Source: Bdellovibrionales bacterium (GTDB lineage Bacteria > Bdellovibrionota > Bdellovibrionia > Bdellovibrionales > JAGQZY01). Taken from it: 64,000 nt of DNA. Both the position numbers and the translations under genes were made by a program. The stretch covers positions 1,280,001-1,344,000 of the forward strand of contig CAXRHT010000002.1 in assembly GCA_964230645.1 (NCBI GenBank). The letters are read 5' to 3'. The notes under the pieces were generated by a model. That model saw only the letters and a list, made by a program, of their open reading frames with translations, was not told where the DNA came from and ran no database searches. Below, one piece after another: positions 1 through 9,023 of this stretch (positions are counted from its first letter, which is position 1; each line of letters starts with the position of its first letter).

Positions 1-442
1 ATTCCGGCGTGAGATCTTCATGATAGTCGTCATTGATTTGCATCATTGGGGCCTTATCACAGGCTCCTAAACACTCCACGCGAGTGAATGTGAAACGCCC
101 GTCACTGGTGACCTCGCCCTCTTTGACCGAATATTCATCGAGGAAAGTGTCAGTGATCTCTCGAGTGCCCGCCATTGCACAAGCCACATTACAACAAACT
201 TGTACATGGTATTTACCCACAGGCTTTTTATTGAACATGGTGTAGAAATGAAAAACTTCGTTTATTTTTGACTCGGGAATTCCCATAAGATCACTCAAGT
301 AGCCAATGGCCTCTTCACTGACCCAACCGTCATTTTCTTTTTGAACCTGATAAAGAGACGGTATGATCGCCGACTCAATGGTTTCATAACGTTTTAATTC
401 TTTTTTAACGAGCTCTTGGCCTTCAGTTGATAACTCAAACAT
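1..442 (-). CDS. nuoE: NADH-quinone oxidoreductase subunit E (partial, runs off window start)
   Basis: Not in the ORF track. Manual translation from ATG at 442 gives MFELSTEGQELVKKELKRY...FYTMFNKKPVGKYHVQVCCNVACAM...VECLGACDKAPMMQIND (2Fe-2S Cys pattern). Directly follows nuoCD. Confidence 0.93.
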   Translation of the reverse strand, partial: MFELSTEGQELVKKELKRYETIESAIIPSLYQVQKENDGWVSEEAIGYLSDLMGIPESKINEVFHFYTMFNKKPVGKYHVQVCCNVACAMAGTREITDTFLDEYSVKEGEVTSDGRFTFTRVECLGACDKAPMMQINDDYHEDLTPE

Positions 443-450
443 AACTTCCT

Positions 451-2145
451 CTACCGATCCAATTCACCAGCAATAAGATTCATACTTCCAAGCACAGCAA
501 TAACATCCGCCACCAATCCCCCTGTGATCGAGTCAGGAAAAGATTGGTAAATTGCAAAACAAGGGGGACGCACTTTCAGACGGTAGGGTGCCCCACTACC
601 ATCACTGACACAGTAAAAACCAAGTTCTCCATTAGCCGCTTCGGTCGCGTCGTACACCTCTCCAGCCGGTGGCCTTAAACCATTAATGACGAGCATAAAG
701 TGATTCATTAGTCCTTCGATGTTTCCATAAACATCTTTTTTCTCAGGAAGCACGATATCTTTATCACGAATGGTGTAGTCACCTTCAGGTACATTCTTAC
801 AGATTTGTTCAACAATTTTTAAAGACTGTTTCATTTCTTCAATACGAACCAAATAACGATCGTAAACGTCACCGGTTGAACCAATGGGAATATCAAAATC
901 CAATTGCTCATAACCATAGTAAGGAGCCGCTTTTCTTAAATCTAAAGGAACGCCTGCCGCTCTTAAGCAAGGCCCAGTGTATCCCCACTCTATGGCGTCT
1001 TCAGCTGAGATCGCTCCTACACCAATTGTTCTCTGCATCCAAATTTTGTTGCGACTTAAAAGGCCCTCAATATTCGCAACCCCTTTTTTTAGCTCTTTAC
1101 AAGTTTCCATGACATCATCAAACCAACCGTCCGGCGCGTCTTGAGCCATTCCTCCGATTCTCGTCATTGAAACTGTAAGCCTTGCGCCACAAAGTTTTTC
1201 AAAAAGAGTGTAGACTTTTTCGCGCATAGTAAAGAGTTGGAAAAATCCCGTTAAGGCTCCTAAGTCCACAGCGTTTGCACCAATACAAACCACATGATCG
1301 ATAAATCGCGACAACTCACAAAGTAAAACGCGCATGGCTTGTGCTTTAGGAGGAATCTCGACATCTAATAGCTTTTCCACGGCCTTACAGTAACCCACAT
1401 TGTTCATTGGGGCTGAGCAATAATTGAGTCTATCCGTGTAGGGAATGACCTGATTGTAGGCGTGAGTTTCGGCCATCTTTTCAAAACAACGATGTAAATA
1501 TCCAAGCTCTACATTGGCACGATTCACATACTCGCCCTTTAGTTCGGCCATCACCCTCAATGTACCGTGAGTGGCTGGATGAGAAGGTCCGATGTTTAAT
1601 GTGACAAGACCTTCTTCATTGGGCTTTTCTTTGTTGCCCTCCGGTTTATTATCAAAATGAATAGGCAAAGCTTCTGTGCATGGTTGTTGGCGATCGGCCG
1701 GATAGTCTTTCCTTAGGGCATGACCTTCAAACTGATGATGAGTCAGGATTCTTCTCATATTGAGGTGGCCGGTGAACTTGATGCCAAACATATCGTAGAC
1801 TTCTCTTTCAAACCAATCCGCCCCTCTCCAAAGTTTCGTTAGAGTCGGAACTTCTTCTTCGAGTGCTAGAAGAACTTTAACTCGAAGTCGTTTGTAGGTG
1901 GTCGTGCTAAAAAATTCGTAGACCACTTCAAAGCGTTTTTCTTTTCCTGGATAATCAACAGCAGTAACATCCATTAGAAGGTCAAAAAAGTTTTCTTGAA
2001 GATGAGTGGCCAAAGGCACTAAGTGGTCTTTGGGGACAACGAGAATGTCTGCTCCAAAGCTATACATCCACTGCCACTGAGAGCTTTCGCTTTTGAATTC
2101 TTTTTCTAGGGCTAATTGAAGATTGCTATTATTGAGTTTGCTCAT
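451..2145 (-). CDS. nuoCD: NADH-quinone oxidoreductase fused subunit C/D
   Basis: NuoC motifs ([21 protein letters not shown]) followed by NuoD motifs ([32 protein letters not shown]-terminus). Confidence 0.96.
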   Translation of the reverse strand: MSKLNNSNLQLALEKEFKSESSQWQWMYSFGADILVVPKDHLVPLATHLQENFFDLLMDVTAVDYPGKEKRFEVVYEFFSTTTYKRLRVKVLLALEEEVPTLTKLWRGADWFEREVYDMFGIKFTGHLNMRRILTHHQFEGHALRKDYPADRQQPCTEALPIHFDNKPEGNKEKPNEEGLVTLNIGPSHPATHGTLRVMAELKGEYVNRANVELGYLHRCFEKMAETHAYNQVIPYTDRLNYCSAPMNNVGYCKAVEKLLDVEIPPKAQAMRVLLCELSRFIDHVVCIGANAVDLGALTGFFQLFTMREKVYTLFEKLCGARLTVSMTRIGGMAQDAPDGWFDDVMETCKELKKGVANIEGLLSRNKIWMQRTIGVGAISAEDAIEWGYTGPCLRAAGVPLDLRKAAPYYGYEQLDFDIPIGSTGDVYDRYLVRIEEMKQSLKIVEQICKNVPEGDYTIRDKDIVLPEKKDVYGNIEGLMNHFMLVINGLRPPAGEVYDATEAANGELGFYCVSDGSGAPYRLKVRPPCFAIYQSFPDSITGGLVADVIAVLGSMNLIAGELDR

Positions 2146-2674
2146 AAGGATTCACCCAGTTGTCTCGCCATGGTCTTGGTTTATGGTCTGCTATCATTTT
2201 TTGAAGAGAAATCACGCCGTCTAAAACCGCTTCCGGTGTCGGAGGACAACCAGGAACGTAGACATCCACAGGAATGACTCGGTCGATCCCTTGCATAACG
2301 TGGTAGGCTCGGTAAAAACCACCCGAACTGGCACAGGCACCCATGGAGATCACGTATTTCGGCTCCAGCATTTGCTCGTAAATATTTACAAGTATAGGAC
2401 CCATTTTTTCAGTGATCGTTCCTGCAACGATCAAAAGATCGGCCTGTCTTGGTGAGAATCGAACAACCTCAGCACCAAAACGGGCCAGGTCATATTTGGG
2501 GCCCATCACGGACATAAGTTCAATCCCACAACAGGCGGTCCCATAGGGCATCGGCCACAGGGAGTTTCGTCTTCCCCAAGCAATGAGATCATCAATTTTT
2601 GTGGTGAACGCAAAGGACTTTGAAATTTCATCGATGTTCTGTTGCCGCTCTGGCAACGATTGAGTCTGAGCCAT
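2129..2674 (-). CDS. nuoB: NADH-quinone oxidoreductase subunit B
   Basis: [19 protein letters not shown] and VPGCPP motifs. Start moved to ATG 2674 (MAQTQ), which has an AGAGGAG RBS. Confidence 0.95.
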   Translation of the reverse strand: MAQTQSLPERQQNIDEISKSFAFTTKIDDLIAWGRRNSLWPMPYGTACCGIELMSVMGPKYDLARFGAEVVRFSPRQADLLIVAGTITEKMGPILVNIYEQMLEPKYVISMGACASSGGFYRAYHVMQGIDRVIPVDVYVPGCPPTPEAVLDGVISLQKMIADHKPRPWRDNWVNPYEQTQ

Positions 2675-2844
2675 TGGGACATCTCCTCTTTGAACGAGCA
2701 TTATCGTTTTCTTTTCATCTCCTTAAATGCTTAAAAATTCAAGCGATTTCGGGGTATTTATGATGATTGTCATAGGGAAATGGCGAGAGCTGAAAGCCCT
2801 TTTCAACAAGATCTAAATGAGTACCAAGAGACTCTTTAAAGGGC

Positions 2845-3420
2845 CTATTTTTTAGTGAGCTTTAAGAGGCGTTCAAAAAAACTTGGCTTATCCTTAACCA
2901 TGACTCCCTGCCCCCGGTGACGGGCAAAAAAGAGATAATCAGCCTTTTGATAAAATTTCTGCTGTTTCAATTTATTTGAGATCTCCGCCTCCCCTTTGAA
3001 GATTTTATGATCCCCATCAAAAATGAGTGAGTCCCCTACAAAGCAGAGTCGCCTTCCTCTTTGCCGAACTGACAAGAACCAACACTCTTGCCACTGCTCG
3101 AAAACCAAATGGTGGTCGAAATGATCTCGCCCAAACTGATCCATAGGAAGAGGGTTAGCATCGTGTTTGCCTTCATCAGTTAGAGTTATCGCTCTGGCCC
3201 CAAAGCGTTCAAAAAGTTCAATATGAACCGAATTCAGAGATTTCTGATTTTGAATAAAAAATCGACGGACACCCCCGCGACTTTTTAAGAAATCAAAGTC
3301 AAAAGGTTGCAAAAAGTCAGCACAGTATATGTCGTTGCCAAAAGGCCTTTCTACGAAAAAACTTGAAGATGATTCGTAATTGCGGAATTGATGAACTCCC
3401 AATCTCGAAGGCTCTTTCAT
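2845..3420 (-). CDS. hypothetical protein, possible degenerate metallo-beta-lactamase fold
   Basis: SSFFVERPFGN...GGVRRFFIQN and LCFVGDSL resemble MBL-fold strands, but there is no HxHxDH. Overlaps the upstream gene by 4 nt. Confidence 0.55.
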   Translation of the reverse strand: MKEPSRLGVHQFRNYESSSSFFVERPFGNDIYCADFLQPFDFDFLKSRGGVRRFFIQNQKSLNSVHIELFERFGARAITLTDEGKHDANPLPMDQFGRDHFDHHLVFEQWQECWFLSVRQRGRRLCFVGDSLIFDGDHKIFKGEAEISNKLKQQKFYQKADYLFFARHRGQGVMVKDKPSFFERLLKLTKK

Positions 3421-3965
3421 TTTGCTTTTTCTAAGAGCTCGTTAAAAGATTCATGAGCTTGCCCTTTTCTTTTTAACTGACCTTGTTCTTGAACTTGCCC
3501 CAGCTTTATTGCAAAGGAAGGCAATTCCAACCGATCTTGCTTTGCCCACTGAAAAAGTTTTTCAAGGTTTGCCCCCTGATAAAACACAATCCTCAAAACA
3601 GCAGAGATGTTCCAATGTCCCAACGCCAATAGGGTGAGCAGGGCTTGAGTGGGTGTGACAAAAAGATAATCAAATTCTTTAATGGACTCGATCACCTTAT
3701 CGGCAGGATTGCATCCTAGGGTATGGGAGGGTTTAGCGAAACCACAAACAAGGGAGTCTTTATAAAAATAACGGGAACCTTTGGCCTGCCAGCCCTTGGC
3801 TATAAGCACTCTTCGAATAAGACTTCTTTCTGGGCCCGGCAAGATATCGTAATCATAGTTACTAAACTCACGATCATCATAGAGCGAGATCAATCCAAGC
3901 TCGCCCACATCGAGCGCCTGTAAACCACCCGATCTCAATACACTAGCCAGTGTTTCCGCATCCAT
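3417..3965 (-). CDS. hypothetical protein
   Basis: 182-aa ORF with a GAGG RBS, translationally coupled to the next gene. No family recognised. Confidence 0.7.
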   Translation of the reverse strand: MDAETLASVLRSGGLQALDVGELGLISLYDDREFSNYDYDILPGPERSLIRRVLIAKGWQAKGSRYFYKDSLVCGFAKPSHTLGCNPADKVIESIKEFDYLFVTPTQALLTLLALGHWNISAVLRIVFYQGANLEKLFQWAKQDRLELPSFAIKLGQVQEQGQLKRKGQAHESFNELLEKAK

Positions 3966-4007
3966 ACCTCAAACTAACTCGTTTCAGTCCTAATGGTAAG
4001 AGAAAAT

Positions 4008-4041
4008 AAAAAAAGCCCATGAGGATCACTCATGGGCTTTT
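4008..4041 (-). terminator. intrinsic terminator downstream of the S8 peptidase gene
   Basis: AAAAGCCCATGAG-gatca-CTCATGGGCTTTT perfect stem, with a U-tract on the minus strand. Confidence 0.85.
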
Positions 4042-4062
4042 AGATTTGATTGTAGTTTGGTT

Positions 4063-5529
4063 TTACTGTTGCATTACCGCTTGCACGTTAAGTTTTCCGT
4101 TGGAAACGGCTTTTCCATTCAATGCGTTAATGGGAGTGGCTGAGTTTAACACAGCGTCTTTTAGCTCTCTCCAGTCCGCATTTGGATACTTAGAAAGATA
4201 AAGAGCAGCAGCTCCGGAAACGTGAGGAGCGGCCATAGAGGTTCCGTCCCAAGTGGCAGTGATCAGTCCAGGAATATCAATGACTGTGTCTTGATAAACA
4301 TTGTCTGGAACAGTTGAGAAAACAGCCACACCAGGAGCTCCGATATCAACGGTTTGTCTACCCCAGTTGGAGAAAGATCCCAATTGGTCACTGGAATCAA
4401 GAGCCGCCACACTGATGATGTTCTCTTGCGGATAAGAAGCGGGGTAAGCCGGCTTAGCATCCGTATCGTTATCATAACCAACACCTTGATGTCCGTTACC
4501 AGCAGCCGCTACGAAAAGAACGCCGGCGTCTCTGGCATATTCAATGGCATCTTGAAGAGCTTGACTGGCTTGTTGGTCTCCACCATCACCTTCGCTTCCC
4601 CAAGAGTTCGAAAGAATTTGAGCCCCGTTATCAACAGCGTAACGAATGGAACCGATCGCACCATCAATGGAACCTTGACCATCTTCTGTTAAAAAGCGCA
4701 TCGCCATAACTTTTACGTTTGGAGCCACACCTGAAATTCCTTTTCCGTTGTCCCCTGTGGCGGCTACGTTTCCAGCACAGTGAGTTCCGTGTCCAGGGTT
4801 TCCACCAAGAAGAAGTTGGATTCCTGTTTTATGAAGGTCATAAGGTTTGTTGTCGTCTGTGGCAAAGTCCCAACCAACAACGTCATCAACGTAACCGTTT
4901 CCATCATCGTCAATTCCGTTTGTGGCTAGAGAGTTTCCATTGGCATCAACACCCATTTCCCCTGGGTTTCTCCACATATTGTCGACAAGGTCTTCGTGAG
5001 TGTAATCAACACCAGTATCGATCACAGCAACAACCACTTGATCATTTCCTTTTGTTCCAGAGTTATCCCAAGCTCCTTGAACATTGTTGTCAGCCATTCC
5101 CCACTGTTTGTTAAAAAGTGGATCACTTCCTGAACCACCCACTGGCTCGAGTGGAATCGCAGGATTATCTTCCCCACGCTCGGTCTGAACTTTTCCTTCA
5201 GCGATTTGTTTATCAAGCTCAGCTTTTACCATTTCACGAAGAATGGGATCTTGGACTTCAATGTTTGTTTGAAGTTTTACAATCCAGTTTCTTTCAATGG
5301 CCACAACATCCGAGTGAGCTTTAAGCTGCTCGGCCTCTTGATCTGAGATATCTAATTTGACCCAGTTTTTGAGATGAAGATCTTTCATCGCCACACCGGA
5401 ACGACCCATTTCAGCCGTAAATTCGTTCATACTTCTTTGGTCTTTTAATTTTACAAGCCAGCCATTGGAGTCAGCACCGTAGGCGCTCATTGAGGCTAGT
5501 AGCACTACAATTATAGACAAGAATTTCAT
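4063..5529 (-). CDS. secreted subtilisin-like S8 serine peptidase
   Basis: Signal peptide, propeptide and catalytic triad motifs VAVIDTG, GHGTHCAG, GTSMAAPHVSG. Confidence 0.95.
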   Translation of the reverse strand: MKFLSIIVVLLASMSAYGADSNGWLVKLKDQRSMNEFTAEMGRSGVAMKDLHLKNWVKLDISDQEAEQLKAHSDVVAIERNWIVKLQTNIEVQDPILREMVKAELDKQIAEGKVQTERGEDNPAIPLEPVGGSGSDPLFNKQWGMADNNVQGAWDNSGTKGNDQVVVAVIDTGVDYTHEDLVDNMWRNPGEMGVDANGNSLATNGIDDDGNGYVDDVVGWDFATDDNKPYDLHKTGIQLLLGGNPGHGTHCAGNVAATGDNGKGISGVAPNVKVMAMRFLTEDGQGSIDGAIGSIRYAVDNGAQILSNSWGSEGDGGDQQASQALQDAIEYARDAGVLFVAAAGNGHQGVGYDNDTDAKPAYPASYPQENIISVAALDSSDQLGSFSNWGRQTVDIGAPGVAVFSTVPDNVYQDTVIDIPGLITATWDGTSMAAPHVSGAAALYLSKYPNADWRELKDAVLNSATPINALNGKAVSNGKLNVQAVMQQ

Positions 5530-5748
5530 AGTTCCCCCTAAAAGAATTTTGTTTGTCGTCGAGTATTTGAACCCAGAAAAAAGAACTTTTCTGCGCCCTT
5601 ACCGACTGAAGTCCCAACGAGAATTAAGTCTAAGGAGGCTGCGGAGAGTCTATCAATCAAATGAGACGGAACTAGCCCCAGGTCGGAGGCTATTCTAGAC
5701 TATCGTCTTAGCTAATGAGTGATTATTATTATTTTAGATAGGTGAAGC

Positions 5749-6498
5749 TTAAAGTTTAGGCACTCTTTTTTGGATAAAATCGTTGAGAAAATCGTTCTGA
5801 TCATCAAACTCAACGGCCACTCTTTCGTAATTGGTCTCTTTGCGAATGTTGACCACCCGGCCTTTAACCTGAACAGCTCCGTGTTCATTATTACTATTCA
5901 CAATAATGTTCACCTTGTGATCAAGACCAATATCGGTCGTACCATCGGTCACAAGCCCTAAACCCTGACAAGATAAACTCCAGGTCACTCCACGATAAAG
6001 CTCCGCTCGCGAGCTTAAAAAGACCTCGTTGGTGTAGGGAATTCTTGGATGTCTTCTGCGGGAGATGACATTTTTAATAGGCTCATTATTAATAAGTGCT
6101 TCAAGTGCCCCTTCATTAAAAGGGTGGGCTTTGGCAAGCTCAAGCCAGGCTTCAAAACTTGAGTGCCTGATGAGATTATCCAAATGCAACCTTTTCTGCT
6201 GATAAAACTCCAGCATCTGTATCAATGAAAAAGGGCCGAAACTTCTTGAGCCATCTTTGACATACCAGTGATTAAATAGTGAATCATAGGAATAACCATT
6301 GGAGGCTAACATAAGCTTGCCAACTAAAAATTGCGAAAAGTCTTGAAAGTCTAAAAGAGGGACCCAGATTTTTTCACCGGGTAGACTGGCTTTAGCAACG
6401 AAAGGAATCGCTCCTGACGATAGCTGAGATAAAACGTCTAAATAAGATTGATCACTATGAAGCGACCGACCCACCTGAATATCGCATTTCTTTTCCAA
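5749..6498 (-). CDS. GYF_2 (DUF4339)-like + PilZ domain protein
   Basis: WYVKDGSRSFGPFS (GYF_2-like); RRRHPR ... SLSCQG ... VKGRVV (PilZ). Confidence 0.75.
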   Translation of the reverse strand: MEKKCDIQVGRSLHSDQSYLDVLSQLSSGAIPFVAKASLPGEKIWVPLLDFQDFSQFLVGKLMLASNGYSYDSLFNHWYVKDGSRSFGPFSLIQMLEFYQQKRLHLDNLIRHSSFEAWLELAKAHPFNEGALEALINNEPIKNVISRRRHPRIPYTNEVFLSSRAELYRGVTWSLSCQGLGLVTDGTTDIGLDHKVNIIVNSNNEHGAVQVKGRVVNIRKETNYERVAVEFDDQNDFLNDFIQKRVPKL

Positions 6499-6652
6499 AA
6501 TATAATCCCACTTTTAATGCAGCAATAACCCCAGAATTTATTATACGGGTGACTTATAGAAATTGGGAAGACCATTCCCTCTTTGAGACAGTCTAAAGAA
6601 GAGGAATTTATAACCCCTTGAAATGGTTTGGAGATTCCTGTAAGAATCTTGT

Positions 6653-7357
6653 ATGAATTCTAGCCAATTATCCGAGCGCTTAAAAAATCCAAATAACGAT
6701 GATTTCTTTGTCTTAGATATCGACTCAACTTTGGTCACTACATTTCAGCGCAACCAAGCCATTCTTGATCAATTCATTGAGGATTACTGTGAAACACACC
6801 CCAGTGAGTGCGAGAAACTTAGGAAAGCATCTTGTCAGCTTGGTGATTATGGCATCAATACGGCTCTTAAAAGAATAGGGTTTAAAAGCGACAATGCAGA
6901 CTTTGACGATTTTCTCCATAACTATTGGAGAGAACGCTTTTTTACCAATGACTATTTACACTCTGATCAACCCACTGAGGGAGCGATCGACTGGACCAAT
7001 AGTCTTTTAGAAAAAGAGATCAATTTTGTGTTTCTAACAGCAAGACACTTTAAAAATATGTGGCCAGGCACTCTGTCTTCCCTCAAGGCACTCAACTTTC
7101 CCATCCACGAACAGAATCTGATATTAAAAGAGAACCTTAGTGTCGACGATGAAATTTATAAAACCCAAACTCTTCAACGCCTAAAAGAAGAGAATAAAGA
7201 CAAAACCATTTGGTTCATCGATAACGAGCCTGTGGTGCTGCACCAAATTAAGAAAGATCACCCTGAGGTTCAATTGGTCTGGTTTGACTCCTGCCATTCT
7301 GGTAGAATGCAAGCGCCCCCGAACACGCCTTCAATAAAGAGTTTTAACTTTTTATAG
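6653..7357 (+). CDS. HAD-superfamily hydrolase/phosphatase
   Basis: LDIDSTL motif I, FLTAR motif II, K motif III, FIDNEP motif IV. Confidence 0.8.
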   Translation: MNSSQLSERLKNPNNDDFFVLDIDSTLVTTFQRNQAILDQFIEDYCETHPSECEKLRKASCQLGDYGINTALKRIGFKSDNADFDDFLHNYWRERFFTNDYLHSDQPTEGAIDWTNSLLEKEINFVFLTARHFKNMWPGTLSSLKALNFPIHEQNLILKENLSVDDEIYKTQTLQRLKEENKDKTIWFIDNEPVVLHQIKKDHPEVQLVWFDSCHSGRMQAPPNTPSIKSFNFL

Positions 7358-7505
7358 GTTTGAACCTACCTTAGTCCTGCATTGAAACACTTGAAAAATG
7401 AGCCCGCCCTAAAGCTCTTTTCTATTTGATTTTCTTGAAGTTTTTCCGAAAAAAACTAAAATAGTATATAGGTGCTAAAAAGAATTTTACCCTTGTAGGT
7501 TTAAG

Positions 7506-8363
7506 ATGAACTCAACCATTCGAAAATGGATTCTCCTTGCTGATGGCGACGATAAATTTCGTAAGTCCATTAGTGATCTTTTGGTCTCTCATTTTGGCGA
7601 TCAAATTAAAATCATTCAGACAGACAATGGTGGCACGGCTATTTCCAAAATTAAAAATCAGGTGTTTCACCTCATTATTTCTTCGCTCGATCTACCCAAA
7701 AAAAGTGGTAAAGAATTAGTTCAGGCTGTGAGACAAAATCAGTTCAATCAGACCTCTCCCATTGTCCTTCTCTCAGAAGGGACCGAGGAGGAGAATGCAA
7801 AGATTGAAAAATCATTTGAATTTGTAAACTGTGTCACTAAGCCTGTTGACCCTTATGAGTTTGCCAAAGTAATTCGAAACATTTTTAGTATTGGCTCAAC
7901 AGAGAAAATGATTTCCGCGAGTATTTTCTCAAGCCTCCTTGATTCGTCACTCGGGTTTTTGAAAGAGGCACTGAAAAGAGATGATTTCAAAGTCGGAGAG
8001 ATGAAATTTAAGAAAAAAGGCGAAGAGCTTACAGCGGACCAAGCGGCAATCATTACCGTTCATATTGGAAAGGTCTCCAACACCTTCTCGGTTTTGTGTA
8101 GTGCTGAAACCTTGGAAGCTCTCATGCAAGGCTCAGAAAAAATTTCTGGAAAATCTTTGAATGTAATTTGCAAGTCGCTTGGTTACGTCATTTTAAAGCA
8201 CGTCTTAACCGAATGTGGGATTATCAATCATAATGAAGTCAAAACCAAAGACATCACTCAAGACCCCATGCTTTTAACGGAAAAACAGGGAATTATTGTT
8301 CCCATCTCTGCTAACAATATCAATTACAAAATATTTGCCACCACAAAAGGTGATGAGATTTAA
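7506..8363 (+). CDS. atypical response regulator (pseudo-receiver) with CheX-like C-terminal region
   Basis: ILLADGD...LIISSLDLP...TKP receiver fold, with Ser at the expected phospho-Asp position. The C-terminal CheX/CheC-like assignment is tentative. Confidence 0.65.
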   Translation: MNSTIRKWILLADGDDKFRKSISDLLVSHFGDQIKIIQTDNGGTAISKIKNQVFHLIISSLDLPKKSGKELVQAVRQNQFNQTSPIVLLSEGTEEENAKIEKSFEFVNCVTKPVDPYEFAKVIRNIFSIGSTEKMISASIFSSLLDSSLGFLKEALKRDDFKVGEMKFKKKGEELTADQAAIITVHIGKVSNTFSVLCSAETLEALMQGSEKISGKSLNVICKSLGYVILKHVLTECGIINHNEVKTKDITQDPMLLTEKQGIIVPISANNINYKIFATTKGDEI

Positions 8364-8914
8364 ATCTTTTTTTGAGTCTCAAGATAGTGTAGCGCCTTTG
8401 AAATCGAGGCAATCATAATACTGTGATCGACATCCCCGTTTAGTAAATGCTCTTTGAGTTTATCAAGAGAGCAGAAATAGAGACTTAAATCTTCAAACTC
8501 ATCGAGATTCTGTTCTTGTACTTTCTCGGAGTCAAAAGCAATAAAGGTGTGCATGCGGTTACTCTGTAGAGCAGGATTAGGGAAATGACTGCCGATTGAG
8601 ACAATATTTTTAGAATTAAACCCTGTCTCTTCGAGCATCTCTCTTCTGGCTCCCTCTAAAAAACTTTCTTGAAGGGAGGGATCCATTGAGCCTCCTGGTA
8701 CTTCGAGGTGCTCCTTTTTAGAGGCATGACGGTACTGCTTCACCAAAATAGCTTCTCCGTCTTTTGTAATCGGCAGTATGTTGACCCAATCAGGGAAATC
8801 CATCACATAATAGCGTGGCATCACTCGACCGTCGGGAAGCTCGCACTTTTCAGATTTGAGTGTAAAAAGGCCTGATGAGAACAGTTTTTTTGTGGAGAGC
8901 ACTTTCCAGGTCAT
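8360..8914 (-). CDS. NUDIX hydrolase (ADP-ribose pyrophosphatase-like)
   Basis: Nudix box PGG...ES...ARREMLEETG and LVKQYR. Confidence 0.9.
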   Translation of the reverse strand: MTWKVLSTKKLFSSGLFTLKSEKCELPDGRVMPRYYVMDFPDWVNILPITKDGEAILVKQYRHASKKEHLEVPGGSMDPSLQESFLEGARREMLEETGFNSKNIVSIGSHFPNPALQSNRMHTFIAFDSEKVQEQNLDEFEDLSLYFCSLDKLKEHLLNGDVDHSIMIASISKALHYLETQKKI

Positions 8915-9023
8915 AATCATCCTTTTTCAATTGATTAAGAAACCTCAATTTTTTACAGGAAGACTCTAATGTCAATGGATGTTTTCTAAGAATAGAGGCA
9001 ATGGATTTTAATTCAATGAGTGA

